DNA from: an uncultured Marinicella sp.
Lineage (GTDB): Bacteria > Pseudomonadota > Gammaproteobacteria > Xanthomonadales > Marinicellaceae
Reading direction: 5' to 3'
Assembly: GCA_964352015.1 (NCBI GenBank)
Contig: CAYGPU010000002.1
Span: 46,419-110,418, forward strand
DNA: 64,000 nucleotides
The position numbers and the translations under genes are program-made. Of the stretch, positions 1 through 8,903 are shown one piece after another. Under the pieces are notes generated by a model that saw only the letters and a program-made list of their open reading frames with translations, ran no database searches and had not been told where the DNA came from. How positions within the stretch are numbered: the stretch's first letter is position 1; the number at the start of each line of letters is the position of its first letter.

Positions 1-276
1 CTGGGAAATTCAGCCGTTAATGTTCAGGTAACAGACCCTGAGTTTGTTGATCGTGATAACCGTGATTATCATTTGAATGCTGCCACCTCACCTGCGGTAG
101 ACTTCTGTGCACAGCCTTTGTTAGATGATGGTGTAAGCGATATGGACAATCAACAGCGTGGCTGGGATGATAATACCGTACAAAATTACCAAAACAATCC
201 GAACTACATTTATGATGCCGGTGCCGATGAAACATATGACAATGACGTTATTTTCAAAGATGGCTTTTCACTTTGA
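1..276 (+). CDS. 3' end of an exported-type protein (choice-of-anchor-Q-like tail) ending DVIFKDGFSL; truncated by the window edge
   Basis: Frame 1 is open from base 1 to TGA at 274-276: ...TDPEFVDRDNRDYHLNAATSPAVDFC...DAGADETYDNDVIFKDGFSL. The DPxF..D.HL..SPAxD...D.GAxE pattern is typical of choice-of-anchor Q regions. Confidence 0.7.
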   Translation: MGNSAVNVQVTDPEFVDRDNRDYHLNAATSPAVDFCAQPLLDDGVSDMDNQQRGWDDNTVQNYQNNPNYIYDAGADETYDNDVIFKDGFSL

Positions 277-397
277 AATGCTGTGGAATCATAAAATGGT
301 GCCGGGAGTGGAGCGAAGCCAATACATAAATCAGTGTTACTTAAGAGAACAGCCAGATTAAGTTATCTGGCTGTTTTTATAACAAAACTGGTGATGC

Positions 398-2419
398 TTA
401 ATTAACCACAGGAGCCTCAAAACCATTGCGGTATATTAAATCATTGCCTACTTCGCAACTGACATCAATATCAGTCACATCGGCGCTGTTTATGCTTGAA
501 GTGGCGTTGATAATCTGACAAGGCTGAATCGGGTTATTGGGTAGCAGGTCGAATTCAATATCATAGCTTTCAGTATGGACCAATGGTGTGTTGAAAACAT
601 AAGCACCATTTTCGGTGATGATCTTGTCATCCGCGCCCATATTGGTCAGAACAAAGTAATTCCCAGCTAATAGCCCATTGACAGTACCGCCAATGAAATA
701 GATGTTTTCAAAGGTGTAATTGTTGTCATTGGTGCCGACTACACTGTTGCTTGTCATTGAGTTACCTGGCAGATCAGTAATACCTGCGGTGATAAAACCA
801 AACGCAATGCTGCCATTAAATTCAACCAAATTAGCCCCGCTGAATTCAACATCATAAGTTGTTGGTGAGGTGGTGGTGGTTTGGATGTTATTGATTGCGC
901 TGGGATTGTTGCTGAAAAAATTACTGCTTTGCACGTTGTTAACGGGTTCGGTAAATGTGTACCGCAGGGTTACACTATCCGCAGATGTCGGGCTGGTAGC
1001 GGGGTTCAATCGAGTAACAGATTGCAGTAATGGAGCAACAGCATCCACCAGAACATTGGCAGTACTGCCTATTGCATTTAAATTTATGTTGGCATCAAGT
1101 CCACCATTGCTGGTGATTGTTCCACCATTAAGGCTGAGCGAATTGATGGCTATACCATCGCTGTCAAAATCACCAGATTGAATTGCATAGTTGAAGGTTA
1201 AAACACCACTGCCGGAGCCGTTTTGATATGCTGCCAATACATTCACAGAACCGATGGTGACTGAAAGAGCTGGGTCTCCATTGACAGTGACATCCTTACT
1301 GAACTGAACTGAGAAATTGAGGTTTTCATTGAGTATGTATGTGTCTGAGGCTGGTACATTAACCATGCTTACAACAGCAGGTACAGCTGTGATATTTAAA
1401 GTGGCCAGATAATTTCCATTGCTGTTTTCTACACCATCATTGACTTCAAAGCTGAATGAAGTATTGGTAGTGCCATTTTGGATGTATTGTAAATTACCGG
1501 CATCTAGGTTTGCTTTTGAAACCATGTCACCATTGTTGAGTTGTTCGCCGGCATTGAAGGTATCGCTGTTGTTAGCGTCCACATACAGTGTGCCTGCCAG
1601 GGTTGTTGATGAGACCAAAACGTGGTTAATTGGATCGGCATCGCCATCGTTGTATGAAAAATCTGCGGTTGAAAATATGTATGTTTGTCCTTCGGTCGGG
1701 TTGGCGGTAAAGCTTGTGGCCGTTGGCGGGACATTCGGTGTGCCAACACTTCGGATGCGAATGGCATTGAGGGTGGTATAGGTGCCTGCCGATAAAGTAG
1801 TTAATGTGATAGATCCATTGCTGGGTGTTACTGCATCCCAAGTCAACCAGTTGTTCAGACCATCAGTTGCGGTGTTCCAATCATCTCCTAAGGCGGTGGT
1901 GCCCAGTCTGTTGCTGTCAGCAAATTGTCCTGCGACTTTGAAGTCCGCAACACTTGGAAACAGTGTTTCAACAGCGACCAGGTCAATTGCATAGGTACTG
2001 CCATTACTCAAGCCATTGAATGTCACAGAACCATTGGTGACACTGTAAATACCATCATTGGCGGCGCCAACATTGAGCCAGTCAACATTGCCCGCTGTCC
2101 ACCCGCCTGAATTGTTACTGTCCACTCCACCCAGCGCATGGCTGAGTGTGGCAGCGCCAGTCACTCCAGTGTCATCATCAATCAGAGCAACATTGGTGTT
2201 TTGGTTGCTTTGGAGTGAGTTCCAGTTACCACCTGGGTTTTCAAATTGGCTGAAATCAATCAGATAAGTTTCACTGAATGCTGAGTGCGAAAGCATAAGC
2301 AGTAAAATTGTCATTACCAAGTTTGATAGGCACCGCTTGATAAAGGTGTGTGTTGTTTGAATCTGATTGAATTTGTTAGACTGAGATAGTGCAGTCGTTA
2401 ATGACATGCTGTTTTTCAC
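398..2419 (-). CDS. Modular secreted/surface protein (unknown N-terminal beta domain, cadherin/Ig-like domains, Y-x-IGGTV-x-GL domain, DLIYRNGFE tail)
   Basis: 673-aa ORF with a GTG start preceded by AGGGGA. Signal-like segment ...ILLLMLSHSAFS. Rich in Asn/Thr/Gly/Ser beta strands. Contains NVPPTA...ADFSYNDGD and V.VP..DTY...L.F.VQFS Ig-like modules. Confidence 0.8.
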   Translation of the reverse strand: MKNSMSLTTALSQSNKFNQIQTTHTFIKRCLSNLVMTILLLMLSHSAFSETYLIDFSQFENPGGNWNSLQSNQNTNVALIDDDTGVTGAATLSHALGGVDSNNSGGWTAGNVDWLNVGAANDGIYSVTNGSVTFNGLSNGSTYAIDLVAVETLFPSVADFKVAGQFADSNRLGTTALGDDWNTATDGLNNWLTWDAVTPSNGSITLTTLSAGTYTTLNAIRIRSVGTPNVPPTATSFTANPTEGQTYIFSTADFSYNDGDADPINHVLVSSTTLAGTLYVDANNSDTFNAGEQLNNGDMVSKANLDAGNLQYIQNGTTNTSFSFEVNDGVENSNGNYLATLNITAVPAVVSMVNVPASDTYILNENLNFSVQFSKDVTVNGDPALSVTIGSVNVLAAYQNGSGSGVLTFNYAIQSGDFDSDGIAINSLSLNGGTITSNGGLDANINLNAIGSTANVLVDAVAPLLQSVTRLNPATSPTSADSVTLRYTFTEPVNNVQSSNFFSNNPSAINNIQTTTTSPTTYDVEFSGANLVEFNGSIAFGFITAGITDLPGNSMTSNSVVGTNDNNYTFENIYFIGGTVNGLLAGNYFVLTNMGADDKIITENGAYVFNTPLVHTESYDIEFDLLPNNPIQPCQIINATSSINSADVTDIDVSCEVGNDLIYRNGFEAPVVN

Positions 2420-2796
2420 TTTGTGTCCCCTTTAATTTAATGATTGAAATTAATTATAAAACAGTAAGCAGTCTTAACGTAACTGGTGTAAATGACTTGG
2501 TTTGATTTTTTAAGGGTTTTTAGTGGGGAAATAAGAAATTATTTGGTATAAGAATCAACTGCATAAATGTTTTTTTATAGATATGTGGGTCTTTGGGTCC
2601 AACCCACTGCTGCGTAAAATGCCACGAATACTGAATATGACATGCTGAATATGACATGCCAGTCATCGCTTTAAAATCGCTTTATAAAATGTGAAGAGGG
2701 TTCTTCCAAGAAACGAATCAGGGACAGTCACTCCGTAGGAGTTTTTTTGCAAGCTCATCAGAGATTTACTGCAACTAATTTTGAGTAAAAAGTAAG

Positions 2797-2827
2797 GTAG
2801 CTTGGGCTGAATACAGCGAAGTCCAAC
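2797..2827 (+). repeat. REP-like palindrome with 5' GTAG tetranucleotide
   Basis: GTAG-C-TTGGGCT-(gaatacagcga)-AGTCCAA-C. Resembles GTAG-family REP architecture; only one copy seen in the window. Confidence 0.35.
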
Positions 2828-2865
2828 ATGAGATGTTTGGATTTTGAAGGTGTTGTGGAGTGCTG

Positions 2866-2894
2866 TGGAACCAAAGAATGTTGCCGGGAATGGA
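2866..2894. repeat. Distal att site: degenerate copy of the tRNA-Leu 3' end plus flank
   Basis: tggaaccaaagaatgttgcc-gggaatgga versus tggaaccaaagaatggtgcccgggaatgga at 8904-8933 (one substitution, one indel). Confidence 0.85.
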
Positions 2895-2997
2895 CGCTAA
2901 CTGATCGATAAGATATTGATTGTAAACATTAATAAAATTTATATTTAAAATATAACATCATTTGTAACAACAAAAATGCAGAGTGATAACTTATCTG

Positions 2998-3384
2998 TCA
3001 GGCTGGATAAGCATCAAGCCGGTTAATTTTGAATGAAATGCTTTCGCCCACAAGACGCTGGTCATTTGATGTGATCGGTGCTTCCAGAATGGCTATGCCA
3101 ACATCAACCGTAACATCGGGCGTAATACTGGTGATTATGCCATTGGCTTGATATTCCCAGCCTTTTATGTGGTTCAATGATTTGGTTCTATCCGGGTTGC
3201 CTGAAAACATGGTTTCCCAACTTTCTTCTTCTGAATACACGCCTACAGACAATTCAATTTCAATTTGCTGCTGTTTCTTTAACAGTTCTCCATAAAAGTG
3301 ATCCATAACAAAATATTGATTATTGTTAATTTCAATTGTTGCAATTAAGTAATCGCCTTTGGTTTCTTTGAATATTGCTATCAT
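2998..3384 (-). CDS. Hypothetical protein (small orphan, OB/beta-barrel-like)
   Basis: 128 aa; start overlaps the upstream stop (ATGA at 3381-3384); motif WETMFSGNP...GWEYQANG. Confidence 0.7.
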   Translation of the reverse strand: MIAIFKETKGDYLIATIEINNNQYFVMDHFYGELLKKQQQIEIELSVGVYSEEESWETMFSGNPDRTKSLNHIKGWEYQANGIITSITPDVTVDVGIAILEAPITSNDQRLVGESISFKINRLDAYPA

Positions 3385-3692
3385 TTTTCTTTTATGCCAC
3401 TTAAGAATCGAACAAAGTGTTTCAAGCCGATGGAAATACTATAAAAAATTAAGAATATGACAAATAAGCCCAGCAGAATACAGAAAACTGCTGATACATA
3501 GCTCATCCAATCATATGGAAAAGAAACCAATAATATTTTATAAAGTTTCCATGTCCAGCCAAAGCCAAATATCGGCAACGCAAATAATGCACTGAGCAAC
3601 ATGCCGATAAAAACGATTAATGATTGAAATCGATCTTTTGATGATAGCCTCTTGGCTTTTATGGCTTCCAGTTTGGCTTGATATTCATTCAT
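3381..3692 (-). CDS. Hypothetical two-TM membrane protein
   Basis: 103 aa with two hydrophobic segments; translationally coupled to the next ORF. Confidence 0.65.
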   Translation of the reverse strand: MNEYQAKLEAIKAKRLSSKDRFQSLIVFIGMLLSALFALPIFGFGWTWKLYKILLVSFPYDWMSYVSAVFCILLGLFVIFLIFYSISIGLKHFVRFLSGIKEK

Positions 3693-3713
3693 GTGCTATT
3701 CAAAAAATATTTA

Positions 3714-4016
3714 TTAGGTGGCAGTTGTGTGATCGAGTAGTACACCATCAATATCTAGTTGGTTAATGCATTTAAATATTATATCCTCGCTCAACTCTGA
3801 AACAACAATCATGTTGTTGCCATAATGAAGACGAACCTTAGTGCCATTGACGTAATCACCAAATTTATTAATCATATCCGGAGTAAGAAAGAAACAAAAC
3901 CTTTTTGAGCCATCATCGAATGTTATGTCAACTTCAACCGCATGGTCAGATTGATCAACGGAATCAATTATTTTTACATTTGAGCGGTTGAATTTATTTG
4001 ATTGCATTCTTGTCAA
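3714..4016 (-). CDS. Hypothetical protein (immunity-protein-like size and composition)
   Basis: 100 aa; overlaps the upstream ORF by 23 nt; motif EVDITFDDGSKRFCFFLTP...IVVSELSEDII. Confidence 0.6.
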   Translation of the reverse strand: MTRMQSNKFNRSNVKIIDSVDQSDHAVEVDITFDDGSKRFCFFLTPDMINKFGDYVNGTKVRLHYGNNMIVVSELSEDIIFKCINQLDIDGVLLDHTTAT

Positions 4017-4422
4017 GCTCCCATCGAGATGTATATTTGAAAATCAATTTAGATGAGTTACCTGATTGAACTGTCAAATCATTAACTAAGTTCACCACAT
4101 CTGGATCATCCCCGGCGCATGACCTATAAATCATTCTGATCATTCTATCTGCAATGGGTGAGATTTCAGATCGTCCATGTTCCCAATTTCTTATGGTGCT
4201 TTCGCTTATTCCAAGCACGGCTGCAAAAGTTGCCTGAGTGGCTTGAATATCGTTTCTGAGGTACTTAAATTCTTTGGGTGATAGTTTAGATCTCAGAGAA
4301 ATCATGTGACTGGCAATGGTGTAGTGCAAATTGTTAGGTTGGTCAACACTGATGCTGTCATCAATTTGATAGCCATTGGATAGCCAGATATTATCAAGTC
4401 CGCTTTCTGTGTAATGGTGCAT
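3994..4422 (-). CDS. XRE-family HTH protein, antitoxin-like (MqsA/HigA-type)
   Basis: N-terminus HYTESGLDNIWLSNGY plus HTH KYLRNDIQATQATFAAVLGISESTIRNWEHG. Confidence 0.8.
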   Translation of the reverse strand: MHHYTESGLDNIWLSNGYQIDDSISVDQPNNLHYTIASHMISLRSKLSPKEFKYLRNDIQATQATFAAVLGISESTIRNWEHGRSEISPIADRMIRMIYRSCAGDDPDVVNLVNDLTVQSGNSSKLIFKYTSRWELDKNAIK

Positions 4423-4432
4423 AGACTCTATC

Positions 4433-4729
4433 CTAAGAAATATCGGTTTCTTTCCTCATGAACACAAGGTGTTTCAAATGTTTCATTTTGTGTTCGGTGT
4501 TAACGAGAAACTCTTCTTTAATATTGTAATCTGGGAAATCGGAAATAATTTCAGTACCGGCTATTGATAAGGATTCCCAGTGTTTATCTTTGGATTGCTG
4601 AGAATCAAATATGCTTCTGACAAATATCATATTTTCTTTGGCTTCAACTGAAACTGCTCTTAATCCAACTGGCACTGCGTCCAATAAAGCCCTTTGTGCT
4701 GACAACCTTAAACTTGTATCTATATTCAT
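4433..4729 (-). CDS. Hypothetical protein (immunity-protein-like)
   Basis: 98 aa; SAQRALLDAVPVGLRAVSV...TEIISDF pattern; 10-nt gap to the HTH gene. Confidence 0.65.
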   Translation of the reverse strand: MNIDTSLRLSAQRALLDAVPVGLRAVSVEAKENMIFVRSIFDSQQSKDKHWESLSIAGTEIISDFPDYNIKEEFLVNTEHKMKHLKHLVFMRKETDIS

Positions 4730-4899
4730 AATTCAATTATAGCTTACACCGTCAGAAATTAACGGCGCAAAACCATGCTTTTTAGGTGTTTGAATTGTTA
4801 TGAAACCTGATGATACCATTTGCCTGAAAGTGTTTTAGTGTGGATATAAGAATATTCCTAAGCAACCGAATCGGTTTGATTTTAAGTCTGGTTTTAACT

Positions 4900-4909
4900 C
4901 CCCCCCCCC
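4900..4909. repeat. C10/G10 homopolymer
   Basis: Ten consecutive C residues in otherwise AT-rich intergenic DNA. Confidence 0.9.
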
Positions 4910-5045
4910 ATACAGTTCTGTTAACGTCACAATGCCAGATTCATTGATACCCATTGTTGCTTGACCATTACCAATCAGGTATTGGCTTATTTGTGTTATT
5001 AATTTTTGATACTATACTCTTAACCAAATTACTGAGTTAATTTAT

Positions 5046-5831
5046 ATGCCGTTTGTACAGAAAGTAAAAATAATAAAAGATAAACTGGATGATATCGACG
5101 AAACAGAAGTTGCTATGTTTTTTGATGTTGGGCATATTGCTAATGAAATCAATTCATTGAACAAACTTTTTTACTGGTCAACTTATGGGGAAAATGAAAT
5201 AGAACCTCATCACCAATGTAATACAACGTACTTGTGTATGTTTATTAGGTTGCTGTCTGGTAAGTTGAATGAAGCAAACGAGTATATTAAAAAGCACATG
5301 AACAGCAAACCAGAATTGAGGCAATATATAGGTCAATTTAGTGAAAAAGCAGTTGCGGCAAAAAAAGAAATCAACAAGTATTTCAGTCGCACTAACCCAA
5401 TTAATTCTTTAAGAAACAACCAATCATTTCATTACGGTAACGATTTAATTGGAAATCATAACGAAAAACTTGATGATGAGTTCGTTTTATATTTATCTGA
5501 AGATGATGGGAACAGTCTGTATTACCATTCTGAAGTAGTTAAACTGATGAAAATGATGGAATTGATTTCTTCAGATGATGTTAAGTGGGACAAAGTTGGT
5601 TTACATAAGATATTTGATTCATTGATCAAGGACGTTACCCGTCTGACACATCTTTTTATGGTCACTCTTACAGAGATAATGATTGTTTTTACAGATAAGC
5701 ATAATGATGCTTTTATCTTTGAAAAGGATCAATTATTGGTTGATAGAAATGTAATTTCATTAAAGGAATTTAAATTACCTTGGTTTTATTATCGTGATGA
5801 AAAACCATCTAGAAGTAAAGAGCATGAATGA
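5046..5831 (+). CDS. Hypothetical all-alpha protein with a HEPN-like R-x5-H motif
   Basis: 261 aa, helical composition, LRNNQSFHY motif; island cargo. Confidence 0.65.
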   Translation: MPFVQKVKIIKDKLDDIDETEVAMFFDVGHIANEINSLNKLFYWSTYGENEIEPHHQCNTTYLCMFIRLLSGKLNEANEYIKKHMNSKPELRQYIGQFSEKAVAAKKEINKYFSRTNPINSLRNNQSFHYGNDLIGNHNEKLDDEFVLYLSEDDGNSLYYHSEVVKLMKMMELISSDDVKWDKVGLHKIFDSLIKDVTRLTHLFMVTLTEIMIVFTDKHNDAFIFEKDQLLVDRNVISLKEFKLPWFYYRDEKPSRSKEHE

Positions 5832-6085
5832 TACTAAAATTAGTAAATAATTTCTGGAATTGAGCCGTACGTTTTTTTGGTTACAATTTTTTTTTGAAGT
5901 GGCGGCGCAAATTAATATTATTCAATCTGCAACCGCCACCAGTGTTACTTTTATATTTACGGTTATCTGCCCAACTAATCTGGGACACACACCTCAATCT
6001 ACAAATTCTTACATGCTCATCAGAGATTTGCCACAGATATTTCTAAGCCATTTGCTCAAAATAATGTTTTTACATGGAGTTTTGT

Positions 6086-7021
6086 ATGACTTTAGCCAGA
6101 AACCAACAGATTTGTGTCGAGGAAACACCGTATTACCACATTGTATCTAGATGTGTTCGACGCGCCTTTCTCTGCGGTAAGGATAAAGTATCAGGAAAGA
6201 GTTTCGAGCATCGCCGTGGGTGGCTCATAGATCGCATCAAACAAGTCACTTCTGTATTCGCTATTGATGTATGCTCTTATGCCATCATGTCGAACCATTT
6301 CCATATTGTCCTGCGAGTTAATTCAACAAAGGAATGGAACGCCACCCAGGTACTGATGACTTGGTGTTCATTGTATTCACTTCCAGTGCTGTGTGATCGT
6401 TATCTAAAAGGTGAAATTGAGACCGAAGCTGAACTCAGGCGGGTGAAAGAATATGTCGCTGAATACAAAACCAGGCTGATGTCTGTTTCTTGGTACATGA
6501 AGGCGATTAATGAATACATTGCTCGGATGGCCAATGAAGAGGACAAATGTTCTGGGCACTTCTGGGAGTCCAGGTTCAAGAGTCAAGCCTTGCTTGACGA
6601 AAGGGCATTATTGACCTGCATGGCTTACGTTGATTTGAACCCTATTAGAGCTGCTATGGCAAGAGACTTGAAAGGATCTGATTTCACTTCAATCAAAGAG
6701 CGTATTGAAAACAATTCGACTTGGCTTTCTGGCTTTGGTAAAGACGATAATGACCTGCCCTTTTATCTGTCTAACTACATCAATCTAGTTGATGAAACAG
6801 GCCGTTGTTTACGTGGCGATAAAAGAGGTTTTATTTCTGAAAAAACAGCCAAAACCATTGATGAAATTGGTATCAATCCTGATGATTGGTTAGATGAGCT
6901 CAAAGGCTTTAAATCTATCGGGTTTTCGGCTGTAGGAACCGCTGAACAACTCAAAGAATATTCAAAGAAAACAAAACGCAAATGGACCCTAGGAATTAAG
7001 CTCAAACCCGCTCTGGAATAG
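6086..7021 (+). CDS. HUH/Y1 transposase (IS200-like / REP-associated tyrosine transposase type)
   Basis: YYHIVSRCVRRAFLCG, YAIMSNHFHIVL (HUH), HFWESRFKSQAL and YVDLNPIRA motifs. ATG at 6086 follows GGAG; the ORF track starts at 6074. Confidence 0.9.
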   Translation: MTLARNQQICVEETPYYHIVSRCVRRAFLCGKDKVSGKSFEHRRGWLIDRIKQVTSVFAIDVCSYAIMSNHFHIVLRVNSTKEWNATQVLMTWCSLYSLPVLCDRYLKGEIETEAELRRVKEYVAEYKTRLMSVSWYMKAINEYIARMANEEDKCSGHFWESRFKSQALLDERALLTCMAYVDLNPIRAAMARDLKGSDFTSIKERIENNSTWLSGFGKDDNDLPFYLSNYINLVDETGRCLRGDKRGFISEKTAKTIDEIGINPDDWLDELKGFKSIGFSAVGTAEQLKEYSKKTKRKWTLGIKLKPALE

Positions 7022-7712
7022 CCTAAAACCGCTAAAAAATCCATTAGCAGATTATGTCTGCAATCGTTCAACTCGAATTGAATCTGTCAAATCCACTTCA
7101 AAACCAATCTCACCTCTGACCTAATCACCTATCTAGTGAATTAGTAGCTCAAATCAGTTATTTTTTAATCAGAAACATCACTTAAAAGTTAGTTTGTGGA
7201 TTCTATGTAATGCATGTCCTAGATTAGTTATAATGACCTGCCCTTTTATCTGTCTAACTACATCAATCTAGTTGATGAAACAGGCCGTTGTTTACGTGGC
7301 GATAAAAGAGGTTTTATTTCTGAAAAAACAGCCAAAACCATTGATGAAATTGGTATCAATCCTGATGATTGGTTAGATGAGCTCAAAGGCTTTAAATCTA
7401 TCGGGTTTTCGGCTGTAGGAACCGCTGAACAACTCAAAGAATATTCAAAGAAAACAAAACGCAAATGGACCCTAGGAATTAAGCTCAAACCCGCTCTGGA
7501 ATAGCCTAAAACCGCTAAAAAATCCATTAGCAGATTATGTCTGCAATCGTTCAACTCGAATTGAATCTGTCAAATCCACTTCAAAACCAATCTCACCTCT
7601 GACCTAATCACCTATCTAGTGAATTAGTAGCTCAAATCAGTTATTTTTTAATCAGAAACATCACTTAAAAGTTAGTTTGTGGATTCTATGTAATGCATGT
7701 CCTAGATTAGTT
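6747..7712. repeat. 483-bp direct tandem duplication (6747-7229 and 7230-7712)
   Basis: Both copies run from ataatgacctgccc to cctagattagtt and appear identical by eye; the duplicated shadow ORFs are offset by exactly 483. Confidence 0.95.
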
Positions 7713-8280
7713 CCTTATTTTTAAGTACCTTTGCTGCAGCAAGTAAACGTTCTCTTTCGCTGTCATTTAAATATCTGATACGGCCTTTGGGTTCAGTGGG
7801 TCTGCTTACCTTGATCATTGGTGATTTATCTAGCCATTCCCATTCATTTACTGCAATTTTGTAAACAGGCGAGAGAGCAGCCATGTACCGAACTACTGTT
7901 GATGTTGAACGTTGTTTTCCATTCTTCATTTTCTCGGTAAGTAACAACTCTTTCACTTCAGATATTTTTTTAGCGGTTACATCAAATAACCTGAAGTCAC
8001 CCAGTTCATTTTTCCATCTGTTAAGCTGCATTTTTTGTTTGGCATAACTTTTGGGCTTGTTGTGCAATTCGGTTTGAATGTATCGGTCAATCATATCGGC
8101 AAATGTATGACGTTTTGATTCAGCTTCTTTCAGGTGCTTACCGTCTCTTATTTCTGATTCACGCTTAGCAGCCCAAACTTTCGCATCTGTTTTTCGATTA
8201 AATGTAGCTGATTCGGTGGGATGTCCTTTGAGGCGGATCTTAACCTGGTATGTGTTACCTCTTTTGATTATGGTAGCCAT
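7702..8280 (-). pseudogene. Tyrosine recombinase/integrase, C-terminally truncated
   Basis: N-terminal arm domain MATIIKRG...SATF.RKTDAKVWA and a core-binding domain, ending RIRYLNDSERERLL...KE. Sequence switches to the duplicated block at ~7712, before any catalytic R-H-R-H-Y residues. Confidence 0.85.
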
Positions 8281-8281
8281 C

Positions 8282-8599
8282 TCAGTCTATCTTCAAGTGT
8301 GATTTGATTAAATCGTGGATGCGTTCAAAGCCCTGCAAGCTGCCAGTGGTTTGACGAACTTCGAAAGTGTCACCATCGGTCATTAGTTCGGCTTCACACT
8401 CATGGGCCTTAATTGGAACCCATGCACAGACTTCAAGACCAAAACCATTTTTCCATCCTGTGTTTTTAACGGTGATTGAACTATGACTGTCTAAATGACT
8501 TAGTACATCTATAGCAACATCCATGGCATATTCGCCTGGTGTGCAGATGTTTAGATACTTTAAGTGCGGACTGCCTGTGAGTTGTATGTTTGCTGACAT
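8282..8599 (-). CDS. Hypothetical protein directly upstream of the integrase
   Basis: 105 aa; its stop is 1 nt from the integrase ATG (TGA-G-ATG). Confidence 0.55.
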   Translation of the reverse strand: MSANIQLTGSPHLKYLNICTPGEYAMDVAIDVLSHLDSHSSITVKNTGWKNGFGLEVCAWVPIKAHECEAELMTDGDTFEVRQTTGSLQGFERIHDLIKSHLKID

Positions 8600-8715
8600 T
8601 CTTAATGATTCTATTCAGTAATGGAATTAATTATATAGTACAACTAATGGTAACAAGTGGTAATAAGGGATAAAAAATCCCTTTTATAATTACGTATATA
8701 GTTATTTAAGGGTAA

Positions 8716-8838
8716 TTTGGGACAATAGAGGGACGTTGGTATTGTAAAAGGCAGCATTTTGTCTTTTTTTAAGAGGTTTTCACTTGTTACCAAGAATGGT
8801 TGGTATTTATGGGTTATTGTCCCAAAACTGTACCCAAA
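8716..8838. other. Putative integrase arm-binding sites
   Basis: 12-bp inverted pair tttgggacaata (8716-8727) / tattgtcccaaa (8815-8826), plus the adjacent direct variant tgtacccaaa, ~80-190 bp from the att core. Confidence 0.4.
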
Positions 8839-8903
8839 GGTGAAAGTGGTCAGTTTTTGAGTTTGGGTCGTGGAGTAGGTGTTGCCGCCTTAAGTTGTTG
8901 ATT

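Noticed and set aside
2998-4729. Small-gene array as integron cassettes
   Set aside because: No RYYYAAC...GTTRRRY attC structures found, genes overlap or abut, and the integrase is not IntI-like.
5860-6150. 96-aa ORF upstream of the transposase
   Set aside because: Non-ATG start, overlaps the transposase out of frame, spans likely element-end hairpins and has no recognisable motif.
6775-7554. Twin 98-aa minus-strand ORFs (6775-7071, 7258-7554)
   Set aside because: Antisense shadows of the transposase 3' end, duplicated by the 483-bp repeat.
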